64,000 nt of DNA. Origin: Mantamonas sphyraenae STR306. Its lineage: Eukaryota; Protista; CRuMs. Under the pieces are notes generated by a model that was given only the letters and a program-made list of their open reading frames with translations, was not told where the DNA came from and did not search any database. The stretch is from NCBI GenBank assembly GCA_026936335.1, contig JAPMXV010000014.1:1-64000 (forward strand), in the 5' to 3' direction. Each line of letters opens with the position of its first letter. Position 1 is the stretch's first letter. The position numbers and the translations under genes are program-made. Positions 1 through 12,748 of the stretch are shown in pieces.

Positions 1-197
1 ACCCTAACCCTAACCCTAACCCTAACCCTAACCCTAACCCTAACCCTAACCCTAACCCTAACCCTAACCCTAACCCTAACCCTAACCCTAACCCTAACCC
101 TAACCCCTAACCCTAACCCTAACCCTAACCCTAACCCTAACCCTAACCCTAACCCTAACCCTAACCCTAACCCTAACCCTAACCCTAACCCTAACCC
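1..197 (-). repeat. Telomeric repeat array (TTAGGG)n, read as CCCTAA on + strand; chromosome left end
   Basis: Continuous CCCTAA units from base 1, one CCCCTAA variant near 104-110, abrupt end at about 197. C-rich strand at the 5' end is the orientation expected for a true terminus. Confidence 0.98.
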
Positions 198-467
198 ATA
201 TAGACCCTTCGTTGTGTTGTATGATGAGTCCGGTCTAGGTCATGTGAGTTGTGCTTGTGACCGCTGGCGGGGTGGCTGAGTTGGGTGGTGACATGGGGCA
301 GTGGGCAATGGGTGGGAGTGGAAATGTTGCTGGTGAGTGGACGTCGTCCTGCTTCGCCGCGCAGTCAGCACTGCCCCTCCGCCTTCAACCAAAATATCAC
401 AAACACCCACAACACCCTCCACCAGTCCAACACAATCCACGTACACCCCAGTACCACCACCACCATC

Positions 468-3400
468 ATGGGCAAAGACTATTCGAGCACTCCGAAGCAA
501 CAACACACACCCAACACCTACCCAGCGTGCGTTCTGCCTTCCACTCCGTTTTCTGACTGCCCGCTTCTCCCGCTTCCACACCCCCTCCATGCTTCCGTCG
601 CTTCCCTCCACTCCTCTTCTGCATCTCCACTTCCCCACCACCACCGCTGCTGCCACCTCCGCTCTTCTACGATCCCCTCTCCCCTGTCACTGCCCTCCCC
701 GTTGCCAATATTCCGGTCGGCCAATCTCCTTCGTTTTTCCCTCTTTGCTCGTTCCAGCCTCCCCTCACCCCCGCTTTTGCCCTGACGGCGTCCATTGCAC
801 CTCCCGCTCACCGTTCCCACCCCGCCCCCCCCCCCCCCCTCCCGTCTCCCCAACAGCTACGCGTACATGGTCACTCCCATGGCTGCCCAGCCGTTTCCGA
901 ACATGCTGCCCGTCGCTGGCGTACAAAACCCGTACCAGCAACCACAACCACCCATCATCTGGGTCCCTGTCAACACCCACTCTCAGCAGCACCACGCATA
1001 TGCTCATCAGGGCCACCCATACTACGCCTACCCTCCTCCGCCGCCTCCTCAGCCGCGACAAACCGCCCAGATGCATTTCGCTCAGCCTCCGTTGCACCCT
1101 CCGCCTACTCAACCCACCACAAACCACAACCGCGTCCCCAAACGCATCAGCCCTGCATTCGTCGGCATCAACCGTACCACATCCACCACCACATCGTCGT
1201 CCTCCTCCCACCAGGGCACACGGCAGACTGGAGACAGCGACGACGACGACGAAGACCAAGACACACACACACATGACACCGGCGACGTGAAGGACCTGAT
1301 GTTCCTGAACTTTGGCCACATTGAACCACGGTCAATCTCCAGCAACTCAGAGTGGATGACCAGCTCATGGATGGAGGCGTGCGAAGAACACGGCGAGGCA
1401 AACGATGCAATCCACCAGCAAGTGGACGACGAGATGGAAACTCAGGGCGCACTCAGCTTCGCAGACACTGGTGATGCCATGGATGAGGAGTACATGCCGC
1501 AAGACGACAGCGACTACGACGCAGACGACATGGAGCAGGAGGACACGGACGATTGGCAGCCGAGACGCACAAGTAGAGGCCGCACACGACGATGCAGAGT
1601 CCACAGCAGTCGACATGCTGTTTCACAAAAGATGAAAGGCAGCGGACAGCGCAGGCGCAGGGTCACGGCTAACAGTGGCACCGAGACAGGAACGTCGAGC
1701 ACACTGGCAAGGAGTGCCAGGAACGGAGACAACGGCGCACTTAAGAACGCAGGGGTGGACAAGACGAACAAGTTGCCAGATGGTGTTGTGCGCAAAGGGT
1801 GGACATGGGGGTACAGTGACGAGCGCAGCCACAGCAACAAGAAGGGGCACACGGCACTGCTGAACCACCTGCACACCCTGGCCAATGAGCATCCTATCGA
1901 CGACATCCCCGACCTGATGACCCTGCAGGCGCGTGTTGTGGTCTGCCATGGCACCCTGTTGGCGCTGGTCCGACAGGTTCAGCTTGCCCTGGGCAACATT
2001 CCCCTCTCCCAGGGTGACGTGGCCTTCTGCCTCTCCCTTCTCGGCCGTGAGGTGGATCGACAGGCGTGCAGCCTTGCCATTGACCACGCTGGTCTGGCCA
2101 TGGGTGTGACAGAGGCTGGGTTGAAGGTGTGCTGGCTGGAGGAGCCACACGACCAAGGCGACCCCAACTACGCCCTCCTCCACCTCCTCATGATAGAGAT
2201 GGACACTTTCGGCGACAGGCCCCATCCCACCACCTGGAAGGAGCACGAGCAGACCCAACTGTGGCTGCAGGAAGCACGACGCCCTGCTGACAACGACAGC
2301 GACCCACACTGGACACATTGCGACTACGACAACCACCTCACCACCACCACAAAGGTGGATAAGTGGCATCCTGAGTATGTGCGCACTGGCTGGAGCAACA
2401 AGGCCGACGAGCGTGGTAGCTGCACGGCGCGGGAGTTCCAGACGCTGATGGCACACATGAAGGCATGCGCAGCCAAGCACCCTCGCCATCAGTACACATA
2501 CGAGAACGATGCACTGTGTGAGCTGATCAACAACGGCAGCCTGAACTCCCTGCTGCGACACATCATCCTGGCGCTGGGCAACGTTGGCGTGCCGCCTGTC
2601 GACCTGGTCTTCTTTGTCCGCCTCCTCAGGCCACGCCTCACCTACCAGCAGGTACGCCCTTCTATCAGCCTCACCCTCACCCGTGGCGTCACCCCCCTCT
2701 CCCTCAAGATCGCCTGGCTGGACAACCCCAAACCCAACGACGCCACACTGCACACCCTGCTCCACACCCTCATCGACCGCATCACACCCCACACCACCAC
2801 CCGTCCCACCACAGTCGACGCCGTCAACACCCTCGACATCCCAGAGCTCGTTCTGACCAAGCCTACAACGGAGAAGGTGATGGCCGTGGAGGATGGACTG
2901 CCAGATGGCGTTTTGCGCAGTGGCTGGACGTCCTGGCGCAAGAGCGAGCGCAGCCACAGCAACAAGAAGGAGCACACGGCACTGCTGAAGCACATGCACA
3001 CTCTGGCCAACGAGCATCGCATCGACGACATCCCCGACCTCATGACCCTGCAGGCGCGTGTTGTGGTCTGCCATGGCACCCTGGTGACGCTTGTCCGACA
3101 GATTCAGCTCGCTCTGGGCAACATTCACCTCTCCCAGGGCGACATGGCCTTCTGCCTCACCCTTCTCGGCCGTGACATTGATCAAAAGGCGTGCAGCCAT
3201 GCCATCCGCGACGCTGGTCTGGCCGTGGGTGTGACCAAGGCTGGGTTGAAGGTGTGCTGGCTGGAGGAACCACACGACCACGGCGACCCCAACTACGCCC
3301 TCCTCCACCTTCTCATGGCAGAGATGGACACTTTCGGCGACAGGCCCCATCCCAACACCTGGAAGGAGCACAAGCAGACCCAGCTGTGGCTGCAGAAAGC

Positions 3401-4037
3401 ACGACGCCCTGCTGACAACGACAGCGATCCACACTGGACACAGTGCGACTACGACCACCACCTCCCCACGGTGGAAAAGTGGCATCCTGAGTCTGTGCGC
3501 AGTGGCTGGAGCAATACCGCAGACGAGCGTGGCAGCTGCACGGCGCGGGAGTTCCAGACGCTGCTGGCACACATGAAGGCACGGGCAGCCAAGCATCCTC
3601 GCCATCAGCATGCACACGAGCACCAGGCACTGCGTGCGCTGATCAACAACGGCAGCCTGAACTCCCTGCTGCGACACATCATCCTGGCGCTGGGCAATGT
3701 TGGCGTGCCGCCTGTCGACCTGGCCTTCTTTGTCCGCCTCCTCAGACCACACGTCACTTACCAGCAGGTACGCGATGCCAGTAGCAATTCACTCACCCGC
3801 GGTGTCACCTCCCTCTCCCTCAAGATCGCATGGCTCGACAACCCCAAACCCAGCGACGCCACACTGCACACCCTCCTGCACACCCTCATCGACCGCATCA
3901 CACCCCACATCACCACCCGCCCCACCACCATCGCACTCGTCAACGCCTACCCCATCCCCGCCTTCACCCTCCCCAAGCGCAAAGACCTTTCCTCCTCCTC
4001 CTCCTCCTCCTCCTCCAAACGCCAGCGCCTCGAATGA
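468..4037 (+). CDS. Subtelomeric hypothetical protein: Pro/Gln-rich and acidic N-terminus plus four homologous helical domains (A-B-A'-B'); exons 468-526, 857-4037
   Basis: 1080-codon ORF 795-4037. Upstream ATG at 468, donor GC|GTGCGT at 527 and acceptor CAACAG| at 856 are phase-compatible (GC+C=Ala). Internal duplication keeps the frame. Confidence 0.8.
1773..3960 (+). repeat. Intragenic tandem duplication, two units of about 1.1 kb (about 1773-2845 and 2898-3960)
   Basis: Long near-identical stretches, e.g. gagcgcagccacagcaacaagaag, ctgatcaacaacggcagcctgaactccctgctgcgacacatcatcctggcgctgggcaa and caccctcatcgaccgcatcacaccccac each occur twice about 1.12 kb apart. Confidence 0.95.
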
Positions 4038-4334
4038 ATGCTTGCCACCCTCCACAAGCTCCACCTCCGTGCCGTCCGTCAGATGCGTCGTGAACGCCTC
4101 GCCAATCACGTCGCCAAACATCTCCGACGCCACTGGCAAAAGGGCCAAGATCGGTGGCAACTTCACACGGAAGAATGCAGGCGTGCACAAGACGAACAAG
4201 GTTCCGTATGGTGTTGTGCGAGATGGGAGATGGGTGGAGCGAAACGCGAACACGAGTGTTCCGATCCCGCCAGCGGGCACAACACAAACTCCACACTCGC
4301 CCAGAACTTTTCATCGGGGGAAAACGGTGCGACG

Positions 4335-6384
4335 ATGACTTCCCATGATGATCACACGGCAGAAGCTCAATGTGCACGCAACGAAGAACGGCGAAACAGG
4401 CTACATGAAATCCGCACCGTTTTCGAGCCGAGTCCTTGCTTTTGGCTCTGCTCCACTTGCAAAGAAAAAGCTGATGATTTTCGTGGAGTTAATATGCAGG
4501 CTAAGCGTTGCAGCGTCTGTGGATCGGGATCGGGGGAAGGCCTGTCCAAATACGTTCGGGCCGCCGCCCTTTTTTTCAGACGACGCACATGGGCACTCGG
4601 AAGACACGGTGTGGTTGGTACCCAGTTCAGACCATGATGAGACACAGGAGGAGACTCATGGACAAAGCTCCAAGCTCATGCAGCATGATTCCGATGAAAA
4701 CGAGCGTCCACGCGGTTGGCAGCTTCTGGCCAATGCAAAGCGAAGATTCAAGGTTTGCAAGAACATTGCACAGTTTGGTTTCTGTGAGGACGATTCTGGC
4801 AAGCAGTGCAGACGTGGAGCTCACTACAGCGAGGAGGTTTGGTTGAATCCACCCCAGGAAGTTGTCGACGAATACCTGATGAACAAGGGGCCCACAATCG
4901 ACCAGACTTACCGCACACAACCGTGCCCTTGGAAGGAACATTGTCCGATGGGCCCTGTGTGTTCCTTCACTCATTCTCACAACAAGCCGGAGGGGGTGGA
5001 CGAATGGTTCGCCCAAACCCTTCCGCGCCTCCTTGACAACGAATGGGTGAAACTGAGGCAGTGGGTGCATGTTGCACGCACGGTAAGCCAGCTGGACTGC
5101 ATCAAGCAGCTCCCACAATCGAAAATGCAGACCATCCAGCGGAACCTGCAAGGCGCGGATGAGGTCGACCCAGAATGTCTCAAGATTCAGGATGACTTTG
5201 GCGGTTTGCTGAAGAGCGCCACGTGGGGCGATCAGCACGTGTTCGTGGTGCCTTTAGAATGGGAACAACTTCACAGCGCACCGTGTGTTGAAGCACACTC
5301 GTCAAGTGCAGGCGACGCCTTGATCTTTATGAACGAGTACACCTGGATCCGACAACCGAAGGACGAGGATGCGGGAGGCATTGTATGTGGGCAGATTGTA
5401 CCGCAGGATGACTACGAGATAGTAGATGTGGACAACATGGACGCGACGGCAAAGGAAGACTTCTTCACCGGCGTACTCGATGCGTTGCTCGAGCTTGCCG
5501 CGGAGTGCAAGTAGGTTGTGAGGAATTATTGCGACCATGATGGAGCCACCAGCACTCACACCACGACCCACCACCACAGCCAGTGGCCCTGTGCCTTGCC
5601 GTGCAAACTGGACAAGGCGCAGTTGCAACGGAAGCCGGCTTCTCACAGCGGAAGCGAAAAGGCACAGTTCAGGGTTCTTGGCATCTTGCCGAGCGCAATT
5701 TCACGTCACACACTCATCTACGTCGCCGAATCCTTGGGTGCTCTGCTTGGTGACGTACTGCAGCTGGAAGCCGCGTCCGCACAAAAGCTCGTTGACGATG
5801 TGCTGCAAAATGACAAGTACAGCCAGCACATGGAAGATTACACCTCTGCATTGGATGCATTCAATGCACGCAGAGAAGAAATGCTCGAGCATGCCAGGCA
5901 ATGTTGCTCGCTGGCAACGTGGTGCGATGATCGGCCGTCACTGCTGGGCTCCTCAATCCTTCTTGAACGGCTCCGGCAAGGCATGTTCTGGATGCTGGAA
6001 GAAGCACTGACCACAAATGAGGTTCATAGCTGGGATGAAGTTGTCAATGAGAGCATGGACACATGGGAAGGAATCAAGTTCACACGCGATGTCAAGGACT
6101 CTTCAGGCCAGCTCAACTCCGAAACCAACACAGCCATTGTACGGGTGTGGTCTGAGCTCCTCCTGTGGTCTGTTTTCCGAATCAATGACCCCGGAACAGA
6201 GGCGGTGTTGAACAGCAACGGCGTGTACGATCTGAACGCACTTCTCTTGAACGCATTGGACTCAAACGCAGGAACGACGGTGGATCAGCTGTGGACTGCA
6301 GTGGAAAGGGTTGAAAGAAAGCGCCGTGATCACAAGATTGGTGGTTTGATTTCCTACCTCGCGTTCAAGCGGAGCTTGAAATGA
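4335..6384 (+). CDS. Zinc-finger protein (RanBP2-like Cys4 finger plus two CCCH fingers), probably RNA-binding; one frame break at T7 4570-4576, intron 5511-5648
   Basis: WLCSTC...N...RCSVCG in ORF 4038 frame; CKNIAQFGFCEDDSGKQCRRGAH and YRTQPCPWKEHCPMGPVCSFTH in ORF 4345. AA|GTAGGT...TCTCACAG|C joins ORF 4345 to ORF 5518 in phase. Start codon uncertain. Confidence 0.65.
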
Positions 6385-6430
6385 AATCTCCCCAACACCG
6401 AGCACAAATGTTTTGTTTGCCTTCCCCCGC

Positions 6431-7000
6431 TCACAGCCATCCAGGCGGATCTGCCGGCACAGACACCAACTCGGGGTCAAATAGTTCGATAAACTGCTCA
6501 TTGAGCATCTGCGTCCCGTCCTGCGGCGAGAACCGCCGGTACTCTTCAAAAATGCTCGCCAAGTTCCACCTTTGCAGCACCCGAAGACATCCAATCAGCG
6601 TCCCTGTGCTCTCCGAGCCCAGTGTGTCCATCACCAGCACCGGAAACGCCTCTGTATCCAGCACAATCTCCAACGCTGCCAGCACCGTTTCCTCCGACGA
6701 GCTTCCCCCTCCGCCGCGCTTCCCTTTGTTCGACCCCAGCTGCTCGAGTGCGATCCCCTGCTCCCGCGCAAAGTCCACCAGCGTCTCCGGCGGTTCCTCT
6801 GCCTCCAAAAACACAATTGTCCGCAGCTTCAGCGTCTCCAGGAACGGGATGTTCAGCTGCGTGGGGACCCCGCTCCTGTACAAGTCCGGTTCTCCCTCCA
6901 CCTGGCCAAAGTTGCTCGGCGGGATCAGCAACGTGTTGCGCAGCAACCTATGTTTCCTCTTTGTCTTGCGCACCTGCTCCACGCCCTTTTCCTCGCTCAT
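6431..7000 (-). CDS. PFA-DSP / Siw14-Oca family phosphatase-like protein, probable pseudophosphatase
   Basis: IPPSNFGQVE..LYRSG.P...N.PFL..L.L+TI, PVLVM, TG.LIGCLR..Q.W...SIFEEYRRF, NEQFIELFD family motifs. The CX5R loop is replaced by MDTLGSES. Confidence 0.88.
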   Translation of the reverse strand: MSEEKGVEQVRKTKRKHRLLRNTLLIPPSNFGQVEGEPDLYRSGVPTQLNIPFLETLKLRTIVFLEAEEPPETLVDFAREQGIALEQLGSNKGKRGGGGSSSEETVLAALEIVLDTEAFPVLVMDTLGSESTGTLIGCLRVLQRWNLASIFEEYRRFSPQDGTQMLNEQFIELFDPELVSVPADPPGWL

Positions 7001-7238
7001 GACGCCGCGGAAAAACACACGAAAACGCTGGCCCCTTCACCGCACCTCCCTCCCCTCACCTCCCCTCACCTCTCTCCCCCCCCCCCCACCCACCCCACCC
7101 CTTCCACTCCCTCCACCTCCCTCCACCTCCCTCCCCCCCCTCCCCAACCACCTCCACACCCGACAAACCCCGTCCTACATTCCATTCCTCCCCCTCTCCC
7201 ACTCTCTCTCCCACTCTCTCCCACCCTCGACACCCACC

Positions 7239-9170
<1,932 letters not shown>

Positions 9171-9234
9171 GCTTCGAGGTCTGGCTTCAAAAGGGTTTTC
9201 CTGTGACACACCCCGCGCGCCATCCGCAAACGCC

Positions 9235-9322
9235 ACCCAACCAACCCACCCAACCAACCCACCCAACCCACCCAACCAACCCACCCAACCCACCCAACCC
9301 CACCCAACCCCATCCAAACCCA
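9235..9322. repeat. Degenerate (CCAA/CCCA)n tract, GGGT/GGTT-rich on minus strand
   Basis: cacccaaccaacccacccaaccaacccacccaacccacccaacc... between the PFDN2 stop and the DLD start. Confidence 0.85.
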
Positions 9323-9334
9323 TTTCCATTCCAA

Positions 9335-10001
9335 TCACACCAAAACTCCCGCCCCGCCAGGTCCGTCCTCAGACTCCTGCCCCTTGGACGACCCACTCCT
9401 GCCGCCTCCCTGCTGCTGTCCCTCCGCACGGATCCCATACTTCTTGCTAAACTCCAACAAGCCCGCCTCCAGCTCCTGCAGCCTGCTCTCCAGGTTGCTC
9501 TGCAGCTCCTGGATCATCGTCCTGTTCTCCTCCACCGCAGGCAGCACCTCTCCCACCGTGCGCTCGCACAGCACACCTCCCACCATACGGAAGCACTTGC
9601 GCGACTCTTCCATCGGCTTCAGCGTCTCGATCACGAGCCTGGTTTCCTCGCACGCGTCAGTTGATCACCCCCACAGCCCAACCGCCAGAAACCGCCGCAC
9701 AAACCCGCCCCTTTCCCTCCTCCCTCTCCCTCCCCCAAATCACACTCCACACTCCAGCCCACCCTCTCCCTCCCCGTCACTCTCTCCCTCCCTCCCGCTC
9801 ATCGCCCTTGCCCGCATCCACGCCCGTCTTCCCGCCCTTCCCTCCCCGCCCAAGCCCTCTCGCATTCCCGCGCCAAATTTCCCAAAAAACTCACGTGTGC
9901 TCCTTCGCCTCCTGCTGCAGCTCGATGATCTTGTTCCTCGTGCTGTCCACCTCAGCCTTCATTTCCTTGTACCGCTCGATGATCTGTTGCTGCATCGACA
10001 T
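9335..10001 (-). CDS. PFDN2: Prefoldin subunit 2; one intron (about 9639-9894)
   Basis: Exon 1 ...NKIIELQQEAKEH joined via AC|GTGAGT...ACTGAC...CAG|G to LVIETLKPMEESRKCFRMVGGVLCERTVGEVLPAV. Confidence 0.93.
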
Positions 10002-10059
10002 CCTGAACCTCGCTTTCTGCTCTGCCCGCCCGCGCCCCACAAGCCAAACTCCCCCCACC

Positions 10060-11760
10060 ATGGCCGATCTCCAGGCTCGCCTTGCCAAGTTCAAGGACAA
10101 GAACGACGAGAACCTGGGCACAGACGCAGAGGACTCCGACTGGGACGACTGGGACGACGCAGACCTCACCGCCCCGTCTCCTGACCCGGCCCCTTCCACA
10201 GCCGCCACCAAACCCGACCTCTCTCGCTTTCGCGACTCTCCCTCCCCCAACAACAACGACGACGACGACGACGATGACTGGGGTGACATGGACAGTCCCC
10301 CCAAGCAGCTCCAGCTGCCTGCTGCCCCTTCCACAGCCGCCACCAAACCCGACCTCTCTCGCTTTCGCGACTCTCCCTCCCCAACCGACAACAACGACGA
10401 CGACGACGACAAAGACTGGGGCGACATGGACGACGACGACAACAACGACCACAACGACGACACAAACACCCTCGACAAGCCAGCTGCCGCCCAGCCCTCC
10501 ACACGACCGTCTGCTGCAAGCGCACCCAAGCGCAAAAGCCAGATGAACACAATCACCTTGGACTCCCCCGAGTTCCACGCCATGATGAAGAACATCCAAA
10601 GCCCGTCCCCCAAACCAAAGACTGCCGGCCGTCGCGCAGGTGCCTCCCCGTCCCAGTTCCACTCCCTCCGCCTTGACAACAAGGTCAGCGCAAAGCAATT
10701 CGGCTCCCTCTCCCGCTACAAGCACAAACGCAGTGCCAGCGACACCCTCCAACTCTCGGGCAAACTCAGCGTCCAGCTCTCCTCTCCCGACGACGGTCTC
10801 GACGACCTCGAATGCACACGCATCTGCTCCCTCTTCCAGGACAACCTCGACGGCTCCGGCGGCCCCGAAGGCCTTGCCGCCCTCCGTTCTCTCATCCTCA
10901 CCCACAAGGGCATCCCTTCCGCCACCTCCTCCTCCGACTCATCCTCCACCTCAAACTCCACAGATACCTCCACCTCCACCTCCACAGATTCCGACTCGCC
11001 ATGCTCCCTGCGCGGCAAAGTCTGGAAGGCCCTCCTCCGTGTCGGCCGCCTCGACGCCTCCCGTTACATCGACCTCCTCACAAAGGGCCCCTCCCGCCTG
11101 GGCGACAAACTACGCAACGACACCTTTCGCACCTTCAAAACAGACGCTCTTTTCAAGAGCCGCGTCCCCGAAGAGCAGCTCATTCGCGTCCTCGACGCCT
11201 TTGTCCACTCCTGCCCCTCCGACGGCAAGCTCGGCTACGTCCAGGGCATGAATGTCCTCCTCGCCCCGTTTCTCTACGTCATGCCCGAGCTTGACGCCTT
11301 TACAGCCTACGAACGCTTCATCAAGCTCCACCTGCCCCGCTACGTTTACCCGTCCCTCGACGGCGCACACGACGGCGCAGAGCTCGTCGACGAGGTCCTT
11401 GCCGTCGCAGACCCCGAACTTTATAACCACCTCCGCTCCTACGAGCTCTCGGGCCAGATCTACGCCTTTAGCTCCGTCCTCGCCGTCTTTGGCGGCTCCC
11501 CGCCTCTCAACGAGCTCCTCCGCCTCTGGGACTTTCTCCTTGCCTTTGGCGTCCACCTCAACATCATTTGCATTGTATCCCAGGTCCTCCTCATGAAGGA
11601 GGACCTCATGGCCAGCGACAACCCGGGCGACATCCTTGGCCGCAGCGACTCGGGCTTCCCCGACCTCGACGCCGCCGTCCTCATCGACATGACTGTACAG
11701 ATTGCCGGCCAGCTTCCCGACCGCCTCTTTGCTCGCCTCGTCGACCATCCGCTGGCCTAG
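10060..11760 (+). CDS. BUB2: Bub2/Cdc16-type TBC-domain GAP with long acidic N-terminal extension
   Basis: LRGKVWKALL, GPS...KLRNDTFRTF, YVQGMNVLLAPFLYVMPE, IYAFSSVL, PPLNELLRLWDFLLAFGVHLNI. ATG in ccaccATGg context. Confidence 0.87.
   Translation: MADLQARLAKFKDKNDENLGTDAEDSDWDDWDDADLTAPSPDPAPSTAATKPDLSRFRDSPSPNNNDDDDDDDWGDMDSPPKQLQLPAAPSTAATKPDLSRFRDSPSPTDNNDDDDDKDWGDMDDDDNNDHNDDTNTLDKPAAAQPSTRPSAASAPKRKSQMNTITLDSPEFHAMMKNIQSPSPKPKTAGRRAGASPSQFHSLRLDNKVSAKQFGSLSRYKHKRSASDTLQLSGKLSVQLSSPDDGLDDLECTRICSLFQDNLDGSGGPEGLAALRSLILTHKGIPSATSSSDSSSTSNSTDTSTSTSTDSDSPCSLRGKVWKALLRVGRLDASRYIDLLTKGPSRLGDKLRNDTFRTFKTDALFKSRVPEEQLIRVLDAFVHSCPSDGKLGYVQGMNVLLAPFLYVMPELDAFTAYERFIKLHLPRYVYPSLDGAHDGAELVDEVLAVADPELYNHLRSYELSGQIYAFSSVLAVFGGSPPLNELLRLWDFLLAFGVHLNIICIVSQVLLMKEDLMASDNPGDILGRSDSGFPDLDAAVLIDMTVQIAGQLPDRLFARLVDHPLA
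10188..10432 (+). repeat. Intragenic direct repeat, two copies with about 135-nt period (APSTAATKPDLSRFRDSPSP...DDDDDWGDMD)
   Basis: gccccttccacagccgccaccaaacccgacctctctcgctttcgcgactctccctcccc is identical at about 10189 and 10324. Confidence 0.93.
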
Positions 11761-11873
11761 CCCCGGAAATGCAACCCATCAACACCACTCCTTTTCACTC
11801 CAATGACCTCATCCCTTTCTCAAATACTGTCCGGCTTTTTACTGGCCTATGCCTTGCGCCTCCATCCCTCCGC

Positions 11874-12748
11874 TCAGTTCGTGGCTGCCACCACGCTCTT
11901 GTACAGATCCAGCTCAATCTGCGCGGCCGCCTTGCTCGCGTCGTCGCCGGCGCCCGCAAACTTGGCCTCTGCTGCTGCCAGCGCCTCCTGCGCTGCACTT
12001 GCGTCCAGTTCCTCCACCAGACAGATTTCCGGGCTGCTGATGCTCAGCGACGAGCCGTCCTCGCTCACCACCGCGAAACCGCCCGACACAAAGAAGCTCG
12101 AGTTGCCTGTGCGTGTGTGTGTGTGTGTCCGTCCCAGCCCCATCACCCAATTGCACCGTGCATCCCGCACATTCGTGTCGTATGCCAACAACCCCATGTC
12201 AGTCTCCTGCCTCTTCTCCCACTCCCCGCCTTCTCCCGCGCCCTCCGCCCAACGCCCCGTCCGCCGAGAGGGAAAAAACCCCGCCTGCCCACCCGCCACG
12301 CCCCTCGCCTCGCACACCTACCCTCGGCGTCTGCGCCTCCATCCACAGCAATCACTCCCGGCTTCAGCTCAGCCACAAGCGGCACGTGACCAGGCAGCAC
12401 GCAAAAGTCACCTGTGCGCGTCACACCCCCTCTGTGTCAGCCCCCTTTCCGCGCTCGGCGCGCCCGCAACGCTTTTCCTCTTCTTCCGCTCCCCTGCGCT
12501 CCACACACGCCTTCCCGCAACCCTCCCTTCACCCCATCCTCTGCACGCTCCATCCCTCTCCACAACCCACCAACGGAACCGGGCACAGACACGCTGTCCA
12601 CCTCCGCCTCGGCGAAAACCTGGCGGTCGGGAGCATTGAAGTTGAACACAAGCTTGCCCGACGCGGCTGCGCCTGTCTCCTCCGCAAGCACAAGCGGCGA
12701 CGCACGCGCCATCGTGGGGCGACTCAGGGATCCGATACGCGAAAACAT
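11874..12748 (-). CDS. ATP5F1D: Mitochondrial F1 ATP synthase delta subunit; 2 introns
   Basis: LVFNFNAPDRQVF...VDSVSVPG / GDFCVLPGHVPLVAELKPGVI / FFVSGGFAVV...KAAAQIELDLY, with presequence MFSRIGSLSR. Confidence 0.92.

Noticed and set aside
295-377. Inverted repeat ggggcagtg / cactgcccc near the telomere
   Set aside because: Only about 9 bp; expected by chance given the local skew flip.
5511-5520. TAG readthrough or stop-codon reassignment joining ORFs 4345 and 5518
   Set aside because: The TAG lies inside a good donor (AA|GTAGGT) with a phase-matched acceptor at 5648. TAA, TAG and TGA all terminate conserved genes elsewhere in the window.
198-6400. Telomere-associated retrotransposon, Y'-like helicase or endogenous virus
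   Set aside because: No reverse transcriptase, integrase, transposase, helicase or capsid motifs, and no terminal repeats seen.
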